From: Lama guanicoe
Lineage: Eukaryota
Assembly (NCBI GenBank): GCA_013239625.1
Contig: MU053933.1
Span: 1,697,026-1,761,025, forward strand
Direction of reading: 5' to 3'
DNA: 64,000 nt
Both the position numbers and the translations under genes were made by a program. The first letter of the stretch is position 1; each line of letters begins with the position of its first letter. Of this stretch, positions 24,702 through 36,585 are shown piece by piece. The notes beneath the pieces were generated by a model that saw nothing but the letters and a program-made list of their open reading frames with translations, made no database searches and had not been told where the DNA came from.

Positions 24702-25711
24702 TTCAGCTAACTAGTGTCAGGAAGCAGCTTTCCTGGCTTGTCCGGACCCGTCCCCACCCCCAGACGCCCCTGGAATGTGGAAGCTCTGCACAGGCACATC
24801 CGTAAACCTGTCCTCTTGCCCCAAGGCCACCACAGCCAAACAGACTGCACTGGAGGCAGCCAAGGAAACAGGTAGCCAGCAGTGTAGACACAGACCCGTT
24901 TCCAAAAGAACCCAGGGCCCTGGGCAGGAGGCCTCCCCATTAGTGACCTCCTCGGGCCTTGGGAGGCCCAGGCCCCGCAGACCCAGCTCCCTTCCTGCTC
25001 CTGCAGTTGCTGCAACCTGGCGCTCACATTGCTCAGCTCCAGTGGAAGGGACAGATCAACCCTTTGTCTACACTGGGGGCCACAGTCGTCCCCTTCTGGT
25101 CCATCTACACCAGGCCACTGACCCCGTGCCCTGGGCCTTCTCGAGCTGGGTCCTGGCCCCCAGCACCAAGCTGAGGCCATGCTAGGTCACATGTATCTTG
25201 TCAGGAAACTTTCAATGGCCTGGAGTTGAGTGCCTCTTGGTCCCCACATCACCACAAGTTCAGCTGGGGGCTGCAGAGGTGGGACAGGCCCCTCAGACGC
25301 TCCCAAGTTGGTGCCAAGCCTGCAGGCCCTAGGGGCGGCCCTGGGAGGGGGTCTGGGGCCAGTGGGGGAGGGGAGGGCAGAGGCAAGTTGAAGCTGAGGC
25401 CAGGGGGCCCCTGCCAGGAGCTGCATCCTAGCTGGGTGGCGGGCAGCCCGGGGGGAGGGGCTTATTCAGCTGTTTTCACCACTGAGCCTGGAACCCTGGC
25501 ATCTTCCTTCCTGAAACAGACCCCACGTGGAACACACAGGTCAACCCCCCACGGGGCTTTGGTGGGACCCTAGGGCCGTGACCCCAATACCCTAGGATGT
25601 GTGAGGTGTCCTGACCTTGAGCGGACGTCAGGCACAGCTGCCTCAGGACGTGCGCTCTCACTCACCTCCAGAAACCAGCCCTTCCGACGCTTCAGGCCCC
25701 TTGATGTCATG

Positions 25712-25713
<2 letters not shown>

Positions 25714-25745
<32 letters not shown>
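25714..25745. repeat. (AC)16 microsatellite
   Basis: Perfect dinucleotide run. Confidence 0.97.
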
Positions 25746-25747
<2 letters not shown>

Positions 25748-25903
25748 GAGGTGACAGCAGGGCCTCGTTACTTTATCAGAACATTCTCACGTCAAGCCTG
25801 GAAGTGGTGCAGCCAGAGAGAAAGGCCGACTGGACACTTCCGCACCGTGAGCCTGCTTGGGCTTCACAGGCAGCATTCATCTCTTTGAAAATAATGATGT
25901 TAT

Positions 25904-26020
25904 GGCGGAGGGTGTAGCTCAGTGGTAGAGAGCGTGCTTAGCGTGCACGAGGGCCTGGGTTCAATCCCCAGTGCCTCCATTAGAAAAAAATTTTTTTAAA
26001 AATTAAAAAAAAAAGAAAAG
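25904..26020 (+). mobile_element. tRNA-Ala-derived SINE (Vic-1-like)
   Basis: gtgtagctcagtggtagag..gcttagcgtgc..gggttcaatcccc + A-rich tail; 14-bp TSD-like flanks. Confidence 0.92.
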
Positions 26021-26034
26021 AAAAGAATGATGTT

Positions 26035-26130
26035 GGCTCTCTTTCTCTCACCTTTGGAGACAGCCTGCACTCTGTCCATGGAGTGCGTATCTCCCTGAAT
26101 AAACAGACTTTCGTTATAAACAAACAAGCA
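26035..26130 (+). mobile_element. Short polyadenylated retroposed fragment resembling an ERV LTR R region
   Basis: ctctgtccatggagtg..ctccctgAATAAA(26098-26103)cagactttc, then an A-rich tail, flanked by 14-mer direct repeats. Confidence 0.55.
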
Positions 26131-26649
26131 AAAGTAATGATGTTCATGAGAGCAAATGCTACACGGATATCTGTAATTTTATTTCGCTACAGGCAGTTTG
26201 TAAGTTGTTTTCTAAGCTCTGTAAAACAAGCACCGTTTTCACATCGGATTCCGTAATAAAATGAGACCTGCACCCCCACAGGGGCAACACTCCAGGGCCG
26301 CGTGAAGCTCTGCGGCAGGAGGCCAGGGCAGGGCAGCGCCGAGTCAGGGAACGGCCCCGCCAGGCAGGGGGGCTGGCCACTACCTGCGCACAGCAGAACC
26401 GGGTGCAGAGGGAGGCCACGAGCCCGAGCGGGGCTGGGGGCATCTGTCCAGCCTGGGCCCGGGCCCGAGGGCGGAGCCCTTTCTCAGCAGGCAGCATGCT
26501 CCTCATACTCAGCTCCGGGGCCGGAAGGTCTAAACGCCCCGCCTTGATCCCTTCTACACGTCGGAGCCCTGTACATCTCCGTGGTGGAAGGAGGGAGGCC
26601 TGGGTGCGACCTCCATCTAGATGCCAGTGTGAAGGCGGGTGTCACTGGG

Positions 26650-27090
26650 TGTGATGGGTTGACCTGCGCCCTCTCACGACTCGTATGTAGGAGTCTTACC
26701 CCGGTTCCTCACAACGTGGCCTTGTTTGGAAACAGGGTCATTGCAGATGTACTTAGTTAAGATGAGGTCATCTGGAATATGGTGTCTTTACAAAAAGGGG
26801 ACATTTGGACACAGAGGGAAGAATATGCACACAGACAACCCCACGTGAAGATGGAGGCAGAGGTTGCGGGGTGCTTCCACAAGCGTCCCCGAGGATGCCA
26901 GCAACACCCCCCCACCCCCGAAGCTGGGGGAGGGGCTGGGAACAATCCTTCCCAAGCATCTCCAGAGGGAACCAGCCATGCCGACACCTTGATCTCAGAC
27001 TTCTGGCCTCTGGGCGGCGAGGGAATAAAGTTTTGCTGTCTCTGCACACCAGTCTATGGTATTTGCTTGTAGCAGCCGTGGGACACACAC
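26650..27090 (+). mobile_element. MaLR LTR (MLT1B/C-like)
   Basis: ttgtttggaaacagggtcattgcagatgtacttagttaagatgaggtcat...gtgaagatggaggcagag...gacaccttgatctcagacttctggcctc. Confidence 0.88.
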
Positions 27091-27271
27091 GCGGGCTTGG
27101 CTGGGGGCTCAGGGTCTGAGCTGGGCTGAGTGTGGCTATCTGTGATCACAAAGAAACCATCATGTTCGGTACAGGAAGAGAAAGGATGGCCATTTCTGTC
27201 TTCCTTTGCAGCCCTGCAACCTAGGGGACTGGATTTATCTTTATTTATTTTGTTAAGCTAGAGCTCTAGAG

Positions 27272-27450
27272 CAGTGGCTCTCAGAATCGAGCGTGCATTG
27301 TGTCCTTGGAAGGCTCGTTACAACGCAGGTGGCTGGGCCTCGTCCCAGAGCTTCTGATTCAGCAGGTCTGGGACGAGGTTGGAGAACTGCTTAATGCCCA
27401 GTTCTTGTGTCAGGGCTGGTCTGGGGTCTACCTTTTTAGAATGATCAATG
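27272..27450. mobile_element. MER5A-like hAT-Charlie DNA transposon
   Basis: cagtggctctca...gctgggcc..cccagagcttctgattcagcaggtctggg. Confidence 0.75.
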
Positions 27451-27599
27451 CATAAATAATTCAGATCATAAAAACAGTCCCTAAAAAAAAAAACCACAGT
27501 CCCTGAGCTTCCAGACTGAATGCTGAATGGAGGGAGGAGGGGCAGGTACAGTGCTCATCGACCTCGTCCCTGGTGTTGTCAACGCAGCTGATTTTATTT

Positions 27600-27800
27600 C
27601 ACGCTTATCTCACTCGAGGCGCTGTGTGAGGCCCTGTTGCTGTGATCTCTTTTGATCTGCACAACACTTCTAAGAGGTAGGTGCTTTTATTGCCCCCATT
27701 TGAAATGAGAAAACTAAGGCACAGAGAGGTTAAGAAACCTGCCTAAGGTCACACAGCTGTAAGTTACAAAGTCAGGACTCAAACCCAGGAGACTCGTCCA
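27600..27800 (-). mobile_element. MIR SINE
   Basis: cccatttgaaatgagaaaactaaggcacagagaggttaagaaacctgcctaaggtcacacagct. Confidence 0.88.
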
Positions 27801-28355
27801 GATGGGGTACAACCATGTCCTAACTTTCTCCGAGCACGTTTCCGAGGGGCACATGTTACTTCTTGCTGGAGCCAGGAGGGAGGAGGGACAGAGGGCGGAG
27901 GCTGCTGGGAGGAGCCAAGAGGAGGCTGGCCTGAGTTTGTGGCTGGCTCACCCTCTCCCCTCTCGGCCCGTCTGGAGGGTGAGGGCTGTTTTCTTATTTC
28001 AGAGGCCACCAGAAGCTCAGACCAGTATAATAGTGTTGATTATCTCAGTAAATAGATCGTAATTACTTACAATTTGCATTTCAATTTCTGTAAGAAGATT
28101 GCTTCTAAATTGCTTTGAAAATCGTCTTTGAGTATTTTCAACATTCCCTCAGCAATTTGATTTACTCTATTAATTTGCAGCTGTAACACCACATGGGAAA
28201 GTGCATCTAACGCAGAAGCGGATCAGCCCAGGACCTCAGCAGATGACGACCAAGCCCCAGCATCTCCCTGATCACTGGTCCTGGGCTGGGTGTGCAGCAG
28301 GGGAGGGCCGTGCTTTGGCTGGGGAGAGCAGCCTTGGGTCCCTCCAAAACTTTTA

Positions 28356-29143
28356 TGTGTTTATTTATTTATTTATTTTAATTAAAATTTTTTTTTATCA
28401 AATTATAGTCAGTTTACAATGTTGTGTCAAATTCCAGTGTAGAGCACAATTTTTCAGTTATACATGAACATATATATATTCATTGTCACATTTTTTTCTC
28501 TGTGAGCTACCATAAGATCTTGTATATATTTCCCTATGCTATACAGTATAATCTTGTTTATCTATTCTACAATTTTGAAATCCCAGTCTATCTCTTCCCA
28601 CCCCCCACCCCCTTGGCAACCACAAGTTTGTATTCTATGTCTATGAGTCTATTTCTGTTTTGTACTTATGCTTTGTTTTTGTTTGTTTGTTTGTTTTTAG
28701 ATTCCACGTATGAGCGATCTCATGTGGTATTTTTCTTTCTCTTTCTGGCTTACTTCATTTAGAATGACATTCTCCAGGAACATCCATGTTGCTGCAAATG
28801 GCATCATGTTGTCGGTTTTTGTGGCTGAGTAGTATTCCATTGTATAAATATACCACCTCTTCTTTATCCAGTCACCTATTGATGGACATTTAGGCTGTCT
28901 CCATGTCTTGGCTATTGTAAATAGTGCTGCTGTGAACATTTGGGGGCAGGTGTCATCCTGAAGTAGGGTTCCTTCTGCATGTATGCCCAGGAGCGGGATT
29001 CCTGGGTCATATGGTAAGTCTATTCCTAGTCTTTTGGGGAATCTCCATACTGTTTTCCATAGTGGCTGCACCAAACTGCATTCCCACCAGCAGTGTAGGA
29101 GGGTTCCCCTATCTCCACAGCCTCTCCAGCATTTGTCATTTGT
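28356..29143 (-). mobile_element. Relatively young lineage-specific 5'-truncated L1 with 15-bp TSD
   Basis: ORF 28697..29074(-) [42 protein letters not shown] is the L1 ORF2 C-terminus; TSD cctccaaaactttta (28341-28355)/cctccataactttta (29144-29158). Confidence 0.95.
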
Positions 29144-29714
29144 CCTCCATAACTTTTAGGTCATGGAGCCAGGATCGTGGATAGCCGATGGGACCTTGCC
29201 TTGCTCCCCTGCCCTGTGAGTGGCTCTGTCCACCCGCTTGGCAGGCACTGCTGTCCTCACTGTGCTGATTTGGTGATGCCCCTGTGTGTCCCCTCACTCC
29301 TCTGCTAGGGACTGACTGGGAGCTGGACCCTGAGGATGCCAAGGCAAGGCCAGGGCCCGGCTGCAGGGTGGGCAGGGGAGCAGGGTCCCACCAGCTCTCC
29401 AGATTTCAAATTCCCTTTCGATTCTGTTGTCCAAAGGGTGGAGGTCCCAGCTGCTTCCCGGCTGCAGTGAACAGAGCAGAAGGCAGAAAGGAGCAGGGGC
29501 TCTAGGTGGCCTGGCTGATTAGCATCTCTGCTCCTCCCGGAGGAGGGAGAGTGAGAGACCGCTTCTGCTTTCTCCACGGCAGCTCCAGTACAGCTCACCT
29601 TCCCAGTGTCCTCATGTCTATAAGACATAGGCTAATTTAAAATGCCTTTTAGCATTACATAAGGGATGCATGCTTATTGCAAAAAATAAAAAAAGAGAGA
29701 GAATGCTCATATTA

Positions 29715-30101
29715 CGGGCTGAGGGTTTGGGGGGCTGTGTCACCCCCAAATCCATCTGTTGAAGCTGTGTATTCAACATGTGTTGAATGTGACTGTATCT
29801 GGAGGGGGGTCTTTAAAGAGGTGATTTAGGTAAAATGAGGTCACTAGGGTGGCCCTAATCCAATCTGAAAGGTGTCCTTAGGGGAAGAGGTGATCAGGAC
29901 ACAGACACACACGGGGGTGACCACGGGGCACACAAGGAGGAGATGGCCGTCCGCACAGCAGGAAAGGAGGCCCGGAAGGAGCTGGCCTGCGGACGCCTTG
30001 CTCTGGGCCCTCTGGTTTACAGAGTCGTGAGACAACGGGTTTCTGTCCTCTGAGCCACCGGGGCCGTGCTGCCTGGTTACCACAGCCCTCACAAACTCAG
30101 A
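29715..30101 (+). mobile_element. MaLR LTR (MLT1A/B-like)
   Basis: aatgtgactgtatctgga..gggtctttaaagaggtgatt..taaaatgaggtcactagggtggccctaatccaat. Confidence 0.85.
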
Positions 30102-31227
30102 CGAGGCGTGAAGTGACGGGAACGCCCTCCCAGCAGACGCCCGCTCAGGGGTCTCCCGGGAAGCCTGGCTGCTCAGCCTCCCAGGTGTGAGAGCAGGTTT
30201 GCACCTGCTCACACAGACAGTGTGCAGGCGGCGGGGGGCCAGGCCGCGTCCCCCAAGGGAGCCGGCCTGCGGCACAGGCTCAAGTGTCCTCCGGGACCAC
30301 CACAGCCTTCCCCACCAGTGCTGACAGCAGTCACTCCATTAACGGGGCTCGGGACACCTGAGGGCCGAGCTCCCCGCCCCCAACACCAGTCCTCAAGGAA
30401 TAAAAGGACATAAATGGACTTACCTCACAACTACCCAGGTCCCAGTCTACAGCCCTTCCTGATGCCGAAGGCTGAGCTTACGTTTTGATGTGATGTCGTG
30501 ACCGAAGACAGCAGCAAATTGTTCAGAGAGACCTGACCCCGGAGGGAGGCTCCTCTCCTTCGCGTTTTCCAGGAGGCGGCGCAGGGCGGCGTGCGGACAC
30601 GCTCCTTGCCGTGGGCCAGCGACGCTTCTCCACACCTCTCTTTTTATCTTCTAGTATTCCGAATATTTGGGGTTTTAGCGTATTTTGTTCCCAGTCGTGT
30701 CATGTCGGGATCTTGCATCTACACCCAAATTCAACAGCCTCCCCTAGGCCCACCCCAGCCCTCCCGCTCCGTGCTAACGCAGCGGTCTATTGCTTTCTGG
30801 AAGCGTCTCCTCAGACCCACCAAAAGCAGTGCTTGAAGGCTCCTTCCCCATTTCTCAGGAGGTGGGCGGCGTATCGGGCCTGTGAGGTCTGCTAGAGCTT
30901 TCCCACCTGCAGGAGAAACACCAAACCTGCATGGGTGAATTTTTAGGAAAAGCATGAACTTTTTCTTTTTTAACCCCAGAGAACAATTGGAAAAACAATT
31001 TGGTGCAAAGGAAAACGTGAACGATTTTGCTTGAGCGTGTGTGCGTCCGAGTTGGGGGGGGGCGCAAGCGGAGAGACCTGCCCTTGAGAGGCCCTGCCCA
31101 TCCCTCTGTGAACAAGCCTGTCGAGGGCGGGGGCTCCCACCTTAGCAAGGAGGCTGCATCACCGTATGGAGCCGGACACCTGCAGCCTCGAGTCAGAGGA
31201 CTGCGCATGTGCGCAGGACGCCACCTT

Positions 31228-31766
31228 TGTCTTGGCCTCACAATTAATCAATAAACAATCCACAACAAGAACAGAACAAAAATTTTACTGGAGCCAAACC
31301 GAGAACTACAGCCCGGGAGGGCCACTTGCGCAGAGGCAGGAAGTACGGCGTTCGGCAGTTTTGCACCTTGTCAGGACAGAGAACAAACATCAAACATGAC
31401 AGGGGTATGTTCCTTCCAGGCTTCAGAAGAGACAGATCAGCACATACACAGCGAGTCAGGTGGCCTCGGCTTCCGGGGGGGCCTGATCTCTGAAGGAGCA
31501 CTAGTGTTTACCCCTGTCTTTGGAGTAGAAATCATCCACTTCCGAATATCGCTTTATTTTCCTTCATGGTTAAAGCAGATGTTTGATGCAAGATCCATCA
31601 AGTACTGGCCAAATCATGCACAAGCTGGGGGCTTCCCCATACTCCAGTCTGTGAAAATTCCTTCCATCAGGCTGCAGACCTTGCAGGTGCCCTGGGCAAG
31701 TAGCATTTCTAAGTGAGGTGTGGTGGCCAGGTCCCTGGGTGGAGTGGGGCCTTTGGGCAGACCACA
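31228..31766 (-). mobile_element. Probable ERV LTR remnant
   Basis: TG...CA-bounded segment with aaaattttactggagccaaa..gagaactacagcccggg, resembling antisense ERV1 LTRs; no clear TSD. Confidence 0.4.
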
Positions 31767-33869
31767 CTGAGTGGGGTTGGGGTGTAAGGGGGTTGGGGCC
31801 ATGGTAGCATCTGTGAAAGATAAAGGGAGGCAGGACTGGGCAGGCAAAGCCTCAGACCTCGATGCATCTGACTGACGCTCAGAGCAAAAATTGCCCCATA
31901 GGATGCTGGGCCATGGGCAGACATGTCCTGGTACCCAGCCTGCTCCAACTGGCTGGCACCTGGGGAGCCCCGATTGGGCCTCCCTGTCTCTGCCCCTTGG
32001 CCTGCTTTCTGGCCCAGCTGCCCTGCTTCTGGTGCCCTGACTCTCCCGTGAGGCTCTGTACAAAGATGCTTCCTACAGTCCGTAGCTAATAGCTCCACGG
32101 CTCTCGCTGGAGCCAGCCCTGTGCTCAGGTCGCAGGTGCTCAGTCCCCCTTATAGGACAGCCACACACAGCAGCCACTGCCATCCGCACCTGGCCGACCA
32201 CACTGCCCTCACGCTCTTCTGAGGTGCAGGATTCAAACCCAGGACTTCACCCCCGCAGGCATGGCTTCCCTGTGTGCAGGATGAGGTCTGTCCTGGGCTG
32301 GGCGCTGGCTTCACTGCTCTTGCGAACTTGACTTTGACCTGCAGGCTGGTCAGGCCAAGCTTCTCCCTGTGCCCCTGTATTGTATTCTCCACTGACACTC
32401 GAATGTCTGATGGACGGCAACAGTCTTGTCTGATTCTGCACCTGTAGGCCGAGCTCAGTTTCTCAGCGGCACCTCGAGGATGGGTCTCAGCGTGTCCTGG
32501 TAAGAAAAACCCTTTTGTGACTTTTGCCCTTGTAGAGCCTATGTTTAAAATACTGTGTATATTGAATATATTTAAAATAACGTGTCTTCTGAAATTCTGC
32601 ACTTATCGTGGTTCCCTCCTACACGTTAAACAGGAACCTGCATCACTTACCCACTGGAGAGTGTGTTAATGTGCGGGAGTTAATATGTTTCCAGCAAAGT
32701 CATTATCTTTAGTGCTGGTAAATTTCTACATCTTGGGTAGATAGGAAGTTTTGCCTTAGACTTCTAAAAACGCCTGAAGTATCCCCAAGCCTTGTGCTCC
32801 CCGGCACACGCTTGGGGATCACGGAAGTGCAAGTGGGAGTCTCCTTGTTTTACGGAAAAGGAAACTAAGACCCCAGTGGGTCATGTCCTTGTTCAAGGTC
32901 AGAGGTTGGCTCTAAGCCTTGGCTCCCAGCTCCTCCAGGCAGTGGCAACAACCAGATGTCTGTGTCCTACTGCTCCAGGAGCCACCGGCCAGCTGGACGG
33001 GCCCCTCCTGGGATTCACGCCTGTACTCCATGCACCTGAGCAGGGCTTGACAGGCAAGTTCCCGGTGAGTGTCTCAGGGCTGGAAAGACCCCTCCTGGTC
33101 TTGGAAGTGGGCAGCTAGCTCCATCTTGGGGTCTCCTCTCGGGCTCTGGTTTACTTGTCTATGAAATGGGATGCCAGCAAGTGCGTCCTGAGAATGAGAA
33201 CCAACAATGAGCGGAGTGGAGTCCCTCTCCCAGGGCTGAGCAAACGCTCCTGGCAGGTACATAGACCCCACTTGCCTTTGGTTCATTCATGGCAGAAATC
33301 CCCTCACTCCCTCCCTGTGCCAAGTAGCACTGCAGGCAGGCTTGTCCGTTCCCCATTTTAATTCAGCAGGCTGGGACGTGAGTGTCTCTCCTCGCAAGGA
33401 AATGTCCTGCCTGGGGCGTGAGAGGCTCCAGCCCTGCAGCCGGGGTGGGTGGGCTGTACGTTGATGGTGGAAGTTACGGAGTTTGCTGTGCCTCGTTTCC
33501 CGCAAATGTAGAATGGGATGCCAATCATCTCTACCTCACGGCCTGTTTAGATAAGCAGCTGAAAGAACACACTCGTGTGACAGCCCTCAATAAATCTTAG
33601 CAGTGACCACATCTCCCGTCATCTTAGCACGTGGGCCCAGGAAGCAGTCAAGGGCTGCTGGGCTGGCTTCCAAGTTCCCTTTTTGTGTTTACTCTGTTCA
33701 TATGTTCAGACCTGCTTTTCCAGAGCACGTTTCTGCTCAGCTGAGGTCTGAAGATCACAGATTTAAACCAAGTCTGGATTAGATTGCTGACACTTTATGC
33801 TGTTGAGACAAAGATAGTACTTGGCACTGACGGGAAAGCTCAGTGACGAGGTGCGTTTTTATCAGTTTA

Positions 33870-34345
33870 AAAAAAGTAATTACAAAGTGAGTGCAGATTG
33901 ATACACTTAGCGCACAGTAGACGGTCCCCTTACCTTGCCCAGCCAACGAGAGTCTCATGTTTGTCCTTCCAGGACTTTCCTGGGTGTGGATGTGCAGATG
34001 TTGCTTTTAAATACAGAAAGAGGTTCATTGCATGCCCATGGCTCTGCAGCTTCTCTTTTTTTATTTTAACTTGAAAAATCTCAGAAATTATGTAATAGCA
34101 TGCATAGGATTACTACAATAATTTTTTAATGTTTTAAAATAAAAAATATCATTAAATGAATAGCCTAGTTTATTTAATGGGGTATCTGTTGGTTGTTTCG
34201 GGGTTTTTAGGGTAAGTACGTGCTGTGAGTCAGAACATCTGTGTCCATATCTGCAGGTGGCTATGGGAATTTGTCTGTAGGATTTACATGACTGCAGTGG
34301 CAGTGAAAAGTCCACGATCTTACAAATAGGGACTTTACACAAACA
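33870..34345 (-). mobile_element. Degraded L1ME-like 3' region
   Basis: atctgttggttgtttc...gctgtgagt..acatctgtgt; tgtccttccaggactttcc. Confidence 0.45.
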
Positions 34346-35483
34346 TTGCAAACCATGTCTTCTTTTTCAAGGATAAGAGAATTGTGAGTAAAACAGGTGC
34401 AGGCATGTTTATTTTATTTTATTTTAGTCTAGGTGTTTTCTGAAATAATTTGAGGAGGCTTAAAACAAGGCACAGCAGAAAGTGACAGCACCTGGTATTT
34501 TAAATAGCTTTGGGATGAAACTCATCCAAGTGCCGGAGGTCCAGCTTGGACCTGAGGGCCTGAGCAGGCGCAGATCCCACGGAGGCAGGGAGCAGGCAGC
34601 AGAGCGGAGATGGCCCTCCGTCATCCTTAACAATCCAGTGGCAGGACAGCCCTCCCTGGCCGCTCCCCGGGTGCCTGATGGGCGATGCAGGCAGCCCTGT
34701 TCCGAGGCTCTGGTGACTCTCTTCCAGGAGGGGCAATGGTTACTGACCACAGGGTAGGGGTGGGGCTAGGAGGCCGGTTCAGGGCGACAATCCTCCCCTC
34801 AACCTCCGGGAACCCCCTCCCCCCAATTCGGGAGGCTTCCTCCAGGGTCAAGTAGGATACAGTGTTGCCGGGTGCCAACTATAAATAAGTCAAAGGGCGA
34901 CGGGGGTTGGGTCCTGATCCCGGCGCGGACCCGTGGCTCCCCAGGACACCCCTCACCGCTAGTCCCCATGACCCCCCAACCCCCGAGTAACCCCGGACAA
35001 TAACACGAACTGGGGGAATCTCACGCCGGGGAACACCCCCAAGTGCCGGCAGTGGGGGCTCTGAAGAGATGAGGGCTCTGGGTGGTCCCCACTGCCCTCC
35101 CCCACCGTGTGACTCGCGCCTCCATGCAGTGCCCCTGGCCCTACGTCCAGTGCCCCGTCTGTGTCCCCAGCCAGACCCCCTCCCTGCACCCCCAATCCCT
35201 CCTTAGACTCACCTAGCTGAGCCCGCACCCCACGTGCTTCTGGCTCCAAGCTCGCCGGGTTCTCCAGCCGCGTCCGCTACTGGACCCCAGCCAGGCCGCC
35301 CACCCCGGGTGTCCCCTTGTCCTCCTACCGCTGCCCCTGTCCCCTGGTGCCCCGTGTCCCCCACCCCCGCTGAACCGCTGGACCTCCCAGTCCCCCTGGC
35401 GTATCTCCCCCACGTGTTCCCCCCAACCTCCCCCCCCGCGTGTGCCCCTAGCTGTTTCCCCTGCCGGACTCCCTGTCCCCTCG

Positions 35484-35560
35484 GCGTGTCCCCCTGTCGC
35501 CCCCCCGCGTGTCCCCCGCGTGTCCCCCTGTCGCCCCCCGCGTGTCCCCCGCGTGTCCCC
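35484..35560. repeat. C-rich minisatellite (gcgtgtccccc units, ~33-bp higher-order repeat) running into the gap
   Basis: gcgtgtccccc occurs five times (last copy cut by the gap), alternating with tgtcgcccccc; degenerate copies extend back to ~35330. Confidence 0.85.
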
Positions 35561-35616
35561 NNNNNNNNNNNNNNNNNNNNNNNNNNNNNNNNNNNNNNNN
35601 NNNNNNNNNNNNNNNN
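35561..35616. other. Assembly gap (56 N)
   Basis: Run of N. Confidence 1.
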
Positions 35617-35756
35617 GGGGCCGGGGGCGGCGGGCGCCGCACTCGCTGAGGCCCGACGCAGGGCCGGGCGCGCCCAGGGCCGGAGCGCGGCGGCCGGAGC
35701 GGCCCGGAGGCGACGCCGGCGCCACGCGCGCGACGAGCAGGTGGCGGCGGCTGCAG
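35617..35756 (+). other. Putative non-coding first exon (5' UTR); start approximate
   Basis: Inside the CpG island, no ATG, ends at the strong donor CAG|GTGAGC (GT at 35757). Confidence 0.7.
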
Positions 35757-36540
35757 GTGAGCGGCGGGGCCCTCGCGAGGTCGGCCCCCTCCCCTCCCCG
35801 CCGCCGGAGGTCGGGGACCCTCCCCGCTGCCCCGTCACCAACCCCACCGCGACCCGGGCCCCGCGCCGCCGCAGTGGGCCGGCTGCGCTCCTCCTGCGGG
35901 AGGCCTGCGGGCGGACGGGGGCTGGGGTCCGCGGGCCCCGGGCTCCCTCCCGGCCTCCCCGGGGCCCCGTCCGGCCAGGCCCAGGCCTGGTCCCCGTCCC
36001 TGCCGGCCCGCCTGGGGCGCTGCAGCCGGGCGCGCTGGGCCCGGGCTGCGCGCGGCCGGGGCAGGGGCGCCCGGGAGGGGCGGGCGGGCCGCCGGGCGAC
36101 CGGGCTGGGCGAGGGGCGACATCGCCGCCCCGCTCCCCAAGGGCTTTCGCAGGCCCTCTGCTCCCCGAGGACATACGCGCCCCTCGCCCGCCTTCGGGGC
36201 GCTGGGACCCAGGGCCCCGCGCGCCCCCGACCCTGCGCGCTGCGGCCACGGGCTAGTTTCACTTTTTGGTCAGCCCGGAGGGAGGGCTGCAGGCGGGACT
36301 GCAAGGGAGTGCGTGCCGACTCTCCAGATTTGACTTTGGCGTCTGGACCAAAGGCCGACTGTGGATCTCCACGGTTCCAGTCAGGTGATGGGGTCAGTCA
36401 ATAACCTAGGAGCCCCTTAGGAGGAAAGCCACCTCCACCCCCAGGGCCGCCTGGAGGACCCGGGAACCTGGGATTCCAAGGGTCTCAGGAAAGGAGGGTG
36501 ATGAGCCGTTGAAGCTACCTTGAAAAATTGTGCAGATTTC

Positions 36541-36585
36541 CTCCCTTCCTCCCTCCCTCCCTCCCTCCCTCCCCTCCTTCCCTCC
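36541..36585. repeat. (CCCT)n-like polypyrimidine simple repeat
   Basis: ctcccttcctccctccctccctccctccctcccctccttccctcc. Confidence 0.85.

Larger units (their letters stand above)
35230..36320 (+). promoter_or_regulatory. CpG island promoter
   Basis: About 1.1 kb of extremely GC- and CpG-dense sequence with GC boxes (gggcgg), spanning a first-exon donor. Confidence 0.92.

Noticed and set aside
28697..29074. 125-aa ORF as a host CDS
   Set aside because: C-terminus of L1 ORF2 in a 5'-truncated element
29771..29788. Inverted repeat attcaaca-tg-tgttgaat
   Set aside because: Only 8-bp arms, inside an MLT1 LTR; no sign of function
35734..35748. CTCF-like motif cgagcaggtggcggc in exon 1
   Set aside because: Mismatch at the near-invariant second C; expected by chance in a CpG island
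35209..36404. Four overlapping 320-363 aa ORFs across the CpG island
   Set aside because: Low-complexity Pro/Gly/Arg/Ala translations on both strands, spanning an N gap; this is stop-codon depletion in GC-rich DNA
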